Shown here: positions 56,803 through 64,000 of the stretch, piece after piece
Numbering within the stretch: position 1 is the stretch's first letter
Layout of the letters: every line of letters begins with the position of its first letter
IMG/VR virus record: IMGVR_UViG_3300016478_000199
DNA length: 64,000 bases
Strand: one strand, 5' to 3'
Origin: an uncultured virus (IMG/VR IMGVR_UViG_3300016478_000199)
Lineage: Duplodnaviria > Heunggongvirae > Uroviricota > Caudoviricetes
The notes under the pieces: generated by a model
What the model was told of the DNA's origin: nothing
Seen by the model: the letters and a program-made list of their open reading frames with translations, nothing else
Databases searched by the model: none
Position numbers and translations under genes: made by a program

Positions 56803-57726
56803 ATGCTCAAACTCATTACCAACGCCATCGTTTACAAGGCCGAACTGCCTTCCGCACAACTGCTCGCCAAGCACCTTGCCGAGTTTCCCTATCACCCTAT
56901 CGCCGATACCGCTTTGTCCCAGGCCAGCTTCGTACCGAACAAGACCAGCAACGAGCTGGTGACCGAGTTCACGGACGGCTTCGCATTTCACCTGCGCTAC
57001 GACGAGAAGATCCTGCCGGCCAGCGTCGTCAAGGCCAAGTCTGACGAGCGCATCGCCAAGTTCGAAGCAGAGCAAGGCGTCCGCCTGAAGAAGGCAGAGC
57101 GCGAAGCGATCCGCGAACAAACTCTGGTCGACCTGGCCAAGACTGCGCTGGTCAAGACCTCGATCATTCCTGCTTTCTACAGCACCAAGGACAACCTGCT
57201 GATCGTGAACACCGGCGGCAAAAAGTTTGCTGACCGGGTAACCTCCTATCTGATCCACGCGGTTGGCAGCGTGAAGACCACCACCATCCACGTCAGCAAT
57301 ATCAAGCACGGCTTGACCACCCGCCTGAAGTCGCACCTGTGGCGCGACGACAATGCCTTCGACGGGTTCGAGGTTGGCGCCAGCGTTGCGCTGAAGAGCG
57401 GCAGCCAAAAAGTCAGCTACAGCCTCGAAGACCTTGAAACGGCTCGCGCAGGCATTCTGGAAGCTATCGACAAGGGCTTCGAAGTTGAGCGCCTGGCCAT
57501 GGTTCACCACGGCGTCGAGTTCAAGCTGACCAGCGACTTTCACTTCAAGGCCGTGCGCTTTGAGGATTCCGAGCGCGAAGACGATGACGAAGTTACCGAC
57601 GCTGTGCACTTCTGGAAGCATGAAGCCGGCGTGCAGGTGCTGCAGTTCTCTGCTGCGCTGAATCAGCTGTGCGATCTGCTGGGCTACAAAGCCGAGGAAG
57701 AGGCCGAGGCCGAGCAGACCGCTTAA
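56803..57726 (+). CDS. rdgC: Recombination-associated protein RdgC
   Basis: N.IVY, FVP, DEKILPASVV, E..QG....K.E...I.E....L...A; promoter TTGCAA-N18-TATTAT at 56715-56744. Confidence 0.85.
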   Translation: MLKLITNAIVYKAELPSAQLLAKHLAEFPYHPIADTALSQASFVPNKTSNELVTEFTDGFAFHLRYDEKILPASVVKAKSDERIAKFEAEQGVRLKKAEREAIREQTLVDLAKTALVKTSIIPAFYSTKDNLLIVNTGGKKFADRVTSYLIHAVGSVKTTTIHVSNIKHGLTTRLKSHLWRDDNAFDGFEVGASVALKSGSQKVSYSLEDLETARAGILEAIDKGFEVERLAMVHHGVEFKLTSDFHFKAVRFEDSEREDDDEVTDAVHFWKHEAGVQVLQFSAALNQLCDLLGYKAEEEAEAEQTA

Positions 57727-57771
57727 CCATCCACCTTCCCGGCTTCGGCCGGGCACTCACCGAGACAGAAC

Positions 57772-57891
57772 ATGCGACGCATGACCAACACCCGTGCGGC
57801 CCAGCGCCGCCGTCAATCCTGGCCTGAGCTGCAGCGTCAGCCGGCCAATACAGAGCAAGCCGGGCAGCGCTCGGAAGGGGAAGAGAAGTGA
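57772..57891 (+). CDS. 39-aa Arg-rich peptide
   Basis: MRRMTNTRAAQRRRQSWPELQ...; stop overlaps the next start (GTGA). Confidence 0.45.
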   Translation: MRRMTNTRAAQRRRQSWPELQRQPANTEQAGQRSEGEEK

Positions 57892-58412
57892 ATGCGGCAG
57901 AGCGCAAGGCCTTCGCCAGTTCTATCAAACCTGCTGTTAAGGGGCATTCTGACAAATTCTCCTGGCGTCTGTACCAGCGTGCCCTGAAGCGCGGGCGCGA
58001 ACGTGTTTACATTAGTGCCTGGAACAACATTTTAGGACAGCCATTCGAACCGAATCTTGCCGCGCTGAAAGCTGGCTGCAAACACCAGCGCGCCTGGCTG
58101 ATGATTGGCGAGGCTATTGGCGACGACGGATGGTTCCACGGCCTTCGGATGCAGAGTGCTACACGCACGGGCCAGCGCGTTGACGAGTCATTTGCGTACA
58201 GCCCGGCCTTCAACACTGGCGCCTGGCTCGATGTAACTGACTGGTTTTGGAAGTCCTACCTAGAGCGCGGTCGCTGCATAATCCACGGCGACTTGTCGCA
58301 CAAGTGGCTTCAGATCAACCGGAATGCGCGCAAGTGCGCCTACTGTGACAAGCACGAGCGACGCACTGTGCGAACGATCAAGAAGGTCGAGCGCCTGGAG
58401 GTGTGGGCATGA
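57888..58412 (+). CDS. Hypothetical protein
   Basis: 174 aa, coupled to neighbours, C/H zinc-like C-terminus. Confidence 0.7.
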   Translation: MNAAERKAFASSIKPAVKGHSDKFSWRLYQRALKRGRERVYISAWNNILGQPFEPNLAALKAGCKHQRAWLMIGEAIGDDGWFHGLRMQSATRTGQRVDESFAYSPAFNTGAWLDVTDWFWKSYLERGRCIIHGDLSHKWLQINRNARKCAYCDKHERRTVRTIKKVERLEVWA

Positions 58413-58675
58413 GCCAGTCCCGCCGCGCCTCGGCCATCGAGGCGATTGTCAACGTGCTGATCGGCTACTGGGTTGCTGTCATTGCCCAGGCTGCCATTTT
58501 CCCAATCTTCGGCTTTCACGCCAGCACCAGTCAGCACATGGCCATCGCCGGGCTGTTCACGGTGGTCAGCCTGCTGCGCAGCTATGTTCTTCGGCGCGTG
58601 TTCAACTGGTTCACCCGGCGAGCAGCGTCGACATCACTGCAAAACTCAGCTATCACACCCGCGAAAGGGGATTGA
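58409..58675 (+). CDS. Small 2-TM phage protein
   Basis: MSQSRRAS.IEA..NV.IG...FT.VS..RSY..RR.FN. Confidence 0.75.
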   Translation: MSQSRRASAIEAIVNVLIGYWVAVIAQAAIFPIFGFHASTSQHMAIAGLFTVVSLLRSYVLRRVFNWFTRRAASTSLQNSAITPAKGD

Positions 58676-58677
58676 CC

Positions 58678-58863
58678 ATGGAATACCTGGGCAAATTACT
58701 GTTCGGAGTTGGCGGCGCAGTCCTGCTTTACGCTGCGTATATGGCCGTAAAGCTGTCCGACAACGTACAAAACAATGCCGAGCACATTTTCATTCCGGCC
58801 ATTGCCCTGTTTGCTGCTGCAGCTGCAGCAGAGCTGATCTGGGGCGACCGCGACCGCGCCTGA
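58678..58863 (+). CDS. Small membrane protein
   Basis: MEYLGKLL..., two hydrophobic segments, AGGGG RBS. Confidence 0.55.
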   Translation: MEYLGKLLFGVGGAVLLYAAYMAVKLSDNVQNNAEHIFIPAIALFAAAAAAELIWGDRDRA

Positions 58864-61458
58864 TCACTCCCGTGCGATAAATGCCCAGCAGCCCGGATCT
58901 GCTGGGCGCACCTTGTAGCCGTTTTCGTTGCACATACCCGTGTCCGGGTCAAAGCTGGCGCAGCAGCGGCAAATCTCTTCCCGCGACACTTCCAACTGCT
59001 CAAGCACCGAAACGATCTCTTCCGGCACCTGAATATCCGTCGGGCTGAGCGGGCGCGTCGGTGCCTGCTGCACCTGTGGCAAGATGAAAGTGCTGGTGCC
59101 ATGGGCGCGTGACCAGGCTACGTCGCAGAGCATGTTGGCGTAGCTGAAGTGCGGGTCGATACCGACCTTCTTAACGCTGCGCTTGTACTGGTTGGTCTCG
59201 TCGTCCTTCTCGGCCACCAGGGCGGTCTTGGTGAAATGGTGGAACACCCTCGGGAGAACCGCCACGACTTGCTTCTGCCCCTTCTCCAGCACCTCCTGCA
59301 CCAAGCCCTGCGGGTCAGGGAACAGGCAGGTAGGAATGTCGGTGGTGAACCGGCTCATGCTCACCTGCATGCACTTGTACTGATCCATGCGCAGGGTGAA
59401 GCGATCCTGCGCCTCTTCATCAGTGCGTCGGTCGGATGCGTTCTGCTTTGGCGTGTCGCCCCAGTGAATCATGCCGTCGGCAACGCTGCCAAAGCTGTTG
59501 CATATAAAGACCTTGCCCGGGTGGCGCTGGGCAAACTTCTTGGCGTCGTTGTAGTTCGGGTTGATCTCGACCACGCAAACCGAAACGCCGTACAGCTCCA
59601 TCAGCTCGCTCGATCTGGCGAACGGGTCGGCGCTGTAGGTTTCCTCGACGTGGATCACGGCCTGGCGTCCATCAGGCAGGCGCTCCTTGATCACGTGCAC
59701 GTTGAAGTTACCCATTTGGTCGATGCCCATAAACGTGCCGCGTGCGCGGGACTTCCAGACGACGCCAGCCTGCCGGCCAGCCTCGACACAGCGCGCCAGG
59801 TGCTCCAGCGACACAGGAACCTGCGACGGGTCGAGATACGGCTTGCCCAGCTTACGGTTGAAGAAGTTCTTCATGTCCGTAGCGGTGTTGTAGGCAAACA
59901 TGATGTCGCCAGGGCTGATCGTCGGCGACAGGAACTGCGGGAAGTGGATCGAGCGGATAGGCGATTCCCCGCGCTCGTTCTCTGGCGCGTCTGCAATCCA
60001 CTCGCCGCGCTGCGGATCATCGATCCAGCCACTGCAGCTGTGGCAAACGTAGCGGTGGATCTCCTGTTCGGCGTCATACCGGATGCAGTCTGGGAAATAC
60101 TCATCCAGCGGCTTGCGCGCCAGGCAGTGCGGGCATTCCGTGTGGAAGCGGAACTGGCTGCCGCGCTTGTACCAGTGGTGGATGTCGGCATCAGGCCAGT
60201 TGGCCGTCGAACCCATCAGGGTGTAGCGGATCGCGGAAGCAGACAGACGCTCACGTGTCTTTTCCATCTGCTCCAGGGTCATTTCCTGCACCTCGTCGAA
60301 GGACAGGATGTCCATCGGAATCGACTCGGTGGTGGCCCGGCCAGACGTCCAGCTGAACACGAACATGGCCTCGCCAATACGGCGGGTTCGCACGTTACCT
60401 TCGCCAACCTTGCGGCCACTGCCATCCGGCGCGTCCATGGTCATCAGCCGGTGTACGTCGGGCACAGTTCGCACGATAGGCATGAAGCGCTCAGATGACT
60501 TCAAGCCGGCCAGGTTCATGTCGGGCAGGAACATACCGACGGTCGCAGGCTGGAACTTCAGTCCAAGGAAAATCACCGCCAGCATCTCCATGACGGTGAA
60601 GCCCACCTGGGCGCACTTCATCAGCACCAGCGTCTTGCGGAATGCGTCATCGACGGTGCTTGGGATCTGGTCATAAATCCACGCCATCGCCGGACGGTCA
60701 TCCAGACGGAACGGGCGACCGTCCACCTTCAGGCCTTCATCACCCAGCCGCACGCACCACTGCCGGAAGGTCTCGTCGCGGCCGATTACGCGCATTGATG
60801 GCGTCAGCTCGATGGCGACATCCAAGAACTCGGCCCCGAACCGCTGCCGGTATTCCGGTTCGGTCGCAGCCAGCATGTCTGCCTGGGTTTCCTCGGGCAG
60901 GTGCGGGTTGCACTCCGAGCTGAACTGCCAGCACGACCAATCCTCATCGAGCAAGCCCTGCTGGAACATGCGGTAGAAGTCGTTCTTCTTGCCATAAGCG
61001 CCAGACAGGAACCATGCCTGGCCCTGCTGCTCGCGGATGCACTCGCTCAGGGTGTCCTCGAAGGCTGACAGGAAGTCCGGCACGTGGCGCACGTCGTCTA
61101 CCACGATCAGTCCGTATTGCGGGAACGCCTTTGGCAGATCGTCGAATGAGTAGAAGTCGATGGCGTTGCCGTTCAGCAACTGCAGGCGCCGTGAGTTCAC
61201 CTGTCGCTTGATGAATGGGTCAATCGCGCGCTTGATGATGCGCTTGACCTCGGTCAGATCATCCTTTTTCGGCGAGAACCAGGCGACAGGCGCCTTGCCG
61301 GAAATTGCGCCGTGACTAGAAGCAATCAGCACCTCGATGCCAAGGGTAGTCTTGCCGCCTTTCTCCCCCATGCACACGGCATTGAAGCGGCTGGCCTTGG
61401 ATAGGATCTTTCGCTGTACGGGGTGCGGCGCCGGGAGGCGTATCTTGAGTTCTGGCAT
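58864..61458 (-). CDS. Terminase large subunit (GpA-like) with an extra N-terminal terminase-like ATPase domain
   Basis: LMKCAQVGFT, LSFDEVQEM, CPHC/CHSC, FFN..LG.PY, MGIDQ nuclease motif. Confidence 0.88.
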   Translation of the reverse strand: MPELKIRLPAPHPVQRKILSKASRFNAVCMGEKGGKTTLGIEVLIASSHGAISGKAPVAWFSPKKDDLTEVKRIIKRAIDPFIKRQVNSRRLQLLNGNAIDFYSFDDLPKAFPQYGLIVVDDVRHVPDFLSAFEDTLSECIREQQGQAWFLSGAYGKKNDFYRMFQQGLLDEDWSCWQFSSECNPHLPEETQADMLAATEPEYRQRFGAEFLDVAIELTPSMRVIGRDETFRQWCVRLGDEGLKVDGRPFRLDDRPAMAWIYDQIPSTVDDAFRKTLVLMKCAQVGFTVMEMLAVIFLGLKFQPATVGMFLPDMNLAGLKSSERFMPIVRTVPDVHRLMTMDAPDGSGRKVGEGNVRTRRIGEAMFVFSWTSGRATTESIPMDILSFDEVQEMTLEQMEKTRERLSASAIRYTLMGSTANWPDADIHHWYKRGSQFRFHTECPHCLARKPLDEYFPDCIRYDAEQEIHRYVCHSCSGWIDDPQRGEWIADAPENERGESPIRSIHFPQFLSPTISPGDIMFAYNTATDMKNFFNRKLGKPYLDPSQVPVSLEHLARCVEAGRQAGVVWKSRARGTFMGIDQMGNFNVHVIKERLPDGRQAVIHVEETYSADPFARSSELMELYGVSVCVVEINPNYNDAKKFAQRHPGKVFICNSFGSVADGMIHWGDTPKQNASDRRTDEEAQDRFTLRMDQYKCMQVSMSRFTTDIPTCLFPDPQGLVQEVLEKGQKQVVAVLPRVFHHFTKTALVAEKDDETNQYKRSVKKVGIDPHFSYANMLCDVAWSRAHGTSTFILPQVQQAPTRPLSPTDIQVPEEIVSVLEQLEVSREEICRCCASFDPDTGMCNENGYKVRPADPGCWAFIARE

Positions 61459-61485
61459 GCTGCAATTTTGCAGTCACGACATGCC

Positions 61486-61779
61486 TTAACCCGCCCCGCG
61501 TCGATGCCTTGCCAGCGCTTTCTGCCTGATTTTTTCCTTGGTCGCTTCGCTCAGCGGCTTGCGATTTTTCTGGACTATGCAGCTTCCGTGCGCCGGCCAG
61601 GCGATGCTGACCTCATGACGTTTAATCAGCGACCTGAACTGGCGCGGAGACTGGTAACCCAGAATCCGCGCCGTGGTATCGCAGCCATACCCATCGGAGG
61701 CAAAGCCACGAACAACATCCCAAAATGGCTGACCGAACTCGCCTTCAGTATCCCGAATGACGCTTCGCCTGCCGCCCAT
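61486..61779 (-). CDS. Basic HTH-like protein
   Basis: TTARILGY...FR.L; basic tail LSEATKEKIRQ. Confidence 0.6.
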   Translation of the reverse strand: MGGRRSVIRDTEGEFGQPFWDVVRGFASDGYGCDTTARILGYQSPRQFRSLIKRHEVSIAWPAHGSCIVQKNRKPLSEATKEKIRQKALARHRRGAG

Positions 61780-61968
61780 CTACCGCCCCTGGCGCAGGTC
61801 AGACAGCTTGCGGGTCAAGTCCATGCTGGCGCGCTTGGCGGCGCCACATTCGCGCGGGTGAGTGCCTGGCTCGCCATATTTGCGAACGCGGCGTAGCTCG
61901 CGGGCCGCCTTGATGAATCGGGCCGCCTCGATAATTGCTTGATCAAGCGTGTGGTCTTTCATGGGCAT
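61780..61968 (-). CDS. Hypothetical protein
   Basis: AI.EA.RF...GAAKRASMDLTR.L..LR; GAGG RBS. Confidence 0.65.
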   Translation of the reverse strand: MPMKDHTLDQAIIEAARFIKAARELRRVRKYGEPGTHPRECGAAKRASMDLTRKLSDLRQGR

Positions 61969-62009
61969 TCGCCTCGTTGTTGGGGCGCCGCGTGGGCGCC
62001 CAGTGCTGA

Positions 62010-62432
62010 TCAATTCAGGCGATCAATCGCTTGGTCGATGTCGGATGGAGTGATGCACTGCGCCAGTGACTTGGCGATCTCTGCCGGCCGGTAGCAGGCG
62101 CCATCACGCCATTTGCGGTAGCGCTCGGCGTCTTCCGTGTCAGGGTTCAAGCCCGGATCAAAACCGTGGTTGTCGCCTACCGGATCATCGCCCGCCTCTT
62201 CGGCCAGAGTGCGGATCATGCCGGCCAGCACCTGAGCTGTCACGGCGAACGACTCTGGCGTGAGCTGCACTCGCGTGGCGTGGACGGCATTGCTTGAAGA
62301 ATCTGCGTCAGGGCGCAGCCACTCGATCTGAAAGCCGTCATTGTCCAGCAGGTAGGCGGTGACCTCGCGCCCGTCATCGTCCACTGCGGCCCGAACAGAG
62401 CGCACCACTTTTACAATTTGCTTCTCGCTCAC
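62010..62432 (-). CDS. Hypothetical protein
   Basis: GAGGAAAGG RBS; DAERYR.WR..ID.AID phage motif. Confidence 0.65.
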   Translation of the reverse strand: MSEKQIVKVVRSVRAAVDDDGREVTAYLLDNDGFQIEWLRPDADSSSNAVHATRVQLTPESFAVTAQVLAGMIRTLAEEAGDDPVGDNHGFDPGLNPDTEDAERYRKWRDGACYRPAEIAKSLAQCITPSDIDQAIDRLN

Positions 62433-62549
62433 TTTCCTTTCCTCGGTTGATGGAGCGCCCTATACGCGCCCTAAACAATCGCCGGACGTCTACAGCCTTG
62501 CTGCGCTGTGCTGTCCGGCCTGTTGTTGCCCTGATACAGGATCAGGTAT

Positions 62550-62906
62550 TCAATCCACGATTGATACAACGCTCATGCCCTTCACCACCGCCTTGCCGCC
62601 GGACGTGAGCGGGTACTTGCCAGACCCAAGCGTCTTGATCGCCTTTACTGTGGTCGGCGTCAGGATGCTGGCCTTGATCTCTTCCAAGTTGATGCCATAG
62701 ACCCGCTCAACGTATCGCAGCAGCGCGTGCTCTGTGACCACTGGCTCTTTCATGGCCTCGCTCAAGCGGCTGTTCAGAACAGCAATGCGATCTGATACTT
62801 CTTTGTGCTCGCGCTGCGCACTGATCATAGCCTCTCGCTTTACTTGCTCGTCGGCTTTCGCTTTGCTCAGTTGCACCTGCAGCGCTTTAAGCTCGTGCGG
62901 ACTCAT
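62550..62906 (-). CDS. Hypothetical protein
   Basis: Coiled coil then VTEHALLRYVERV.G. Confidence 0.7.
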   Translation of the reverse strand: MSPHELKALQVQLSKAKADEQVKREAMISAQREHKEVSDRIAVLNSRLSEAMKEPVVTEHALLRYVERVYGINLEEIKASILTPTTVKAIKTLGSGKYPLTSGGKAVVKGMSVVSIVD

Positions 62907-63334
62907 TCACCACCCCGCTCAGCCCGTACCCAGCCAAGCGCGCGCATGGCGGCCTCGTCCAGGGCTTTCATGTCGTTGTCGCCCTCGCGGAAAAACGCCA
63001 CCAGCGTCTGCGGCCCGCAGCGCTTCTGGATAGCCATCACCAGCGACTCGGCTTCCGGCCTGTGCTCAGGCAGGATGTCACAGAAGAACGCCAACATGGT
63101 CGCATCCGTTGGGATCTGCTCAATGCGCGCAGCGGCCAAGCCCTCAGCCGCACTAAGCCGGCGCACCAGATCGATCATGACTTGGGGAGACGCTGCAGCA
63201 ATGAACTCACGATCTTCTTTGTCGTAGCCAGGGAACGCGTCGCCGTCGAACCAAGGTTCTTCAGGCCCTTTGCTGATCGCAGCCTGGGCAGCAGCCACCA
63301 GCGCGTCCAAATTCAGGTTGATTTCTACTACCAC
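62903..63334 (-). CDS. Ead/Ea22-like protein
   Basis: DREFIAAASPQVMIDLVRRL; GTG start after AGGAAAGGAA. Confidence 0.6.
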   Translation of the reverse strand: MVVEINLNLDALVAAAQAAISKGPEEPWFDGDAFPGYDKEDREFIAAASPQVMIDLVRRLSAAEGLAAARIEQIPTDATMLAFFCDILPEHRPEAESLVMAIQKRCGPQTLVAFFREGDNDMKALDEAAMRALGWVRAERGGE

Positions 63335-63381
63335 CTTCCTTTCCTTGCCGGGCGATGCCCGGCTTCTGTCGTTTTGCCTGA

Positions 63382-63411
63382 ATTGTACTTGCAATGCTCA
63401 GATATGAGCAA
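63382..63411 (-). promoter_or_regulatory. Sigma70-like early promoter with operator
   Basis: TTGCTC-N18-TACAAT; ATGCTCA-GATA-TGAGCAA at 63394-63411. Confidence 0.65.
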
Positions 63412-63413
63412 GA

Positions 63414-64000
63414 TCAAGGGAATGAACGGGTGGCCGTCAGGATCACCACGTCTACGCTCGTGCCGGAAAACTCGTTCTTGAAGACCGCCGAATACTGATG
63501 GTCGAAGCCTTCCAGCAGCAGCTTGCCCTTGGCACTGGCCGGCAGGATCGCCACCAAGCGCCCGTCAGGGAAGAGCATGGTCGCCGCGTGCTGCAGGTGC
63601 GCCTGCCAGCGCCCTTCGCTGAATGGCGGATTCATGCAGATGCGGTGAAATGCCCCAATCCCGCGCCACTTCAGAAAGTCCGCTTCGATGACGTTGTGAC
63701 CCTTGGCCTTGAGTATCTGGCAGTGCAGCGGGCTGATCTCGATGCAGCAAGTGTCATCCTTCGGCATCAGGTCAGCCAGGCCGCCCTGCCCTGCGCTCGG
63801 TTCCAGCCAGTTCATGCCCGGCGTTGCACCCTCATGCGCCAGCTCGACCACCTTCTCGGCCAAGGTATCCGGTGTCGGGTAGAACTGGTGAGACTTCTGG
63901 TCAGGGATGCGGCCGCTACACACAACCTGATCCAGCACATCGGAAGGGTTGTAGCCGAACGCCCAGTGCTCACAGTGACCAAACTCTGCACGATCAGCCG
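63414..64000 (-). CDS. DNA N6-adenine methyltransferase (5' end outside window)
   Basis: QFYPTP, LEPSAGQG (motif I), MNPPFS (motif IV). Confidence 0.88.
   Translation of the reverse strand, partial: ADRAEFGHCEHWAFGYNPSDVLDQVVCSGRIPDQKSHQFYPTPDTLAEKVVELAHEGATPGMNWLEPSAGQGGLADLMPKDDTCCIEISPLHCQILKAKGHNVIEADFLKWRGIGAFHRICMNPPFSEGRWQAHLQHAATMLFPDGRLVAILPASAKGKLLLEGFDHQYSAVFKNEFSGTSVDVVILTATRSFP

Larger units (their letters stand above)
265..64000. mobile_element. Temperate myovirus-type phage genome (continues past the window end)
   Basis: Replication, integrase, lysis, baseplate, sheath/tube, capsid, portal and terminase modules all present. Confidence 0.95.

Noticed and set aside
55192..56828. 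Short ORFs listed across the ncRNA cluster
   Set aside because: No convincing RBS or protein motifs, mutually overlapping, and the region is explained by RNA structure

Overview
Almost the whole window (~265-64000) is one temperate, contractile-tailed (myovirus-type) phage with Pseudomonas-like genes. It contains replication/recombination genes (primase-helicase fusion, SF2 helicase, SSB, RecE-like exonuclease, HU, RdgC, dUTPase), a tyrosine integrase with an apparently intact attP in mid-genome, a lysis cassette, three receptor-binding genes, baseplate, tail and head modules, a 1513-aa helicase gene among the head genes, and an unusual double-domain terminase. The first ~265 bp look like host DNA (thiG 3' end, truncated GntR/MocR gene) joined to the phage with no att site. 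The most notable signals are non-coding. (1) A circularly permuted (two-piece) tmRNA gene with tag ANDESYGLRLVA lies inside a ~1.57-kb promoter-to-terminator RNA cluster built from three repeated structural modules. (2) An 11-copy late-promoter motif, GTCGTGA-N3-YANNNT, places the predicted start site on the ATG in 8 copies (leaderless mRNAs). All annotation is by eye from motifs and synteny; no searches or folding programs were run. There is a 187-nt N gap at 11939-12125.
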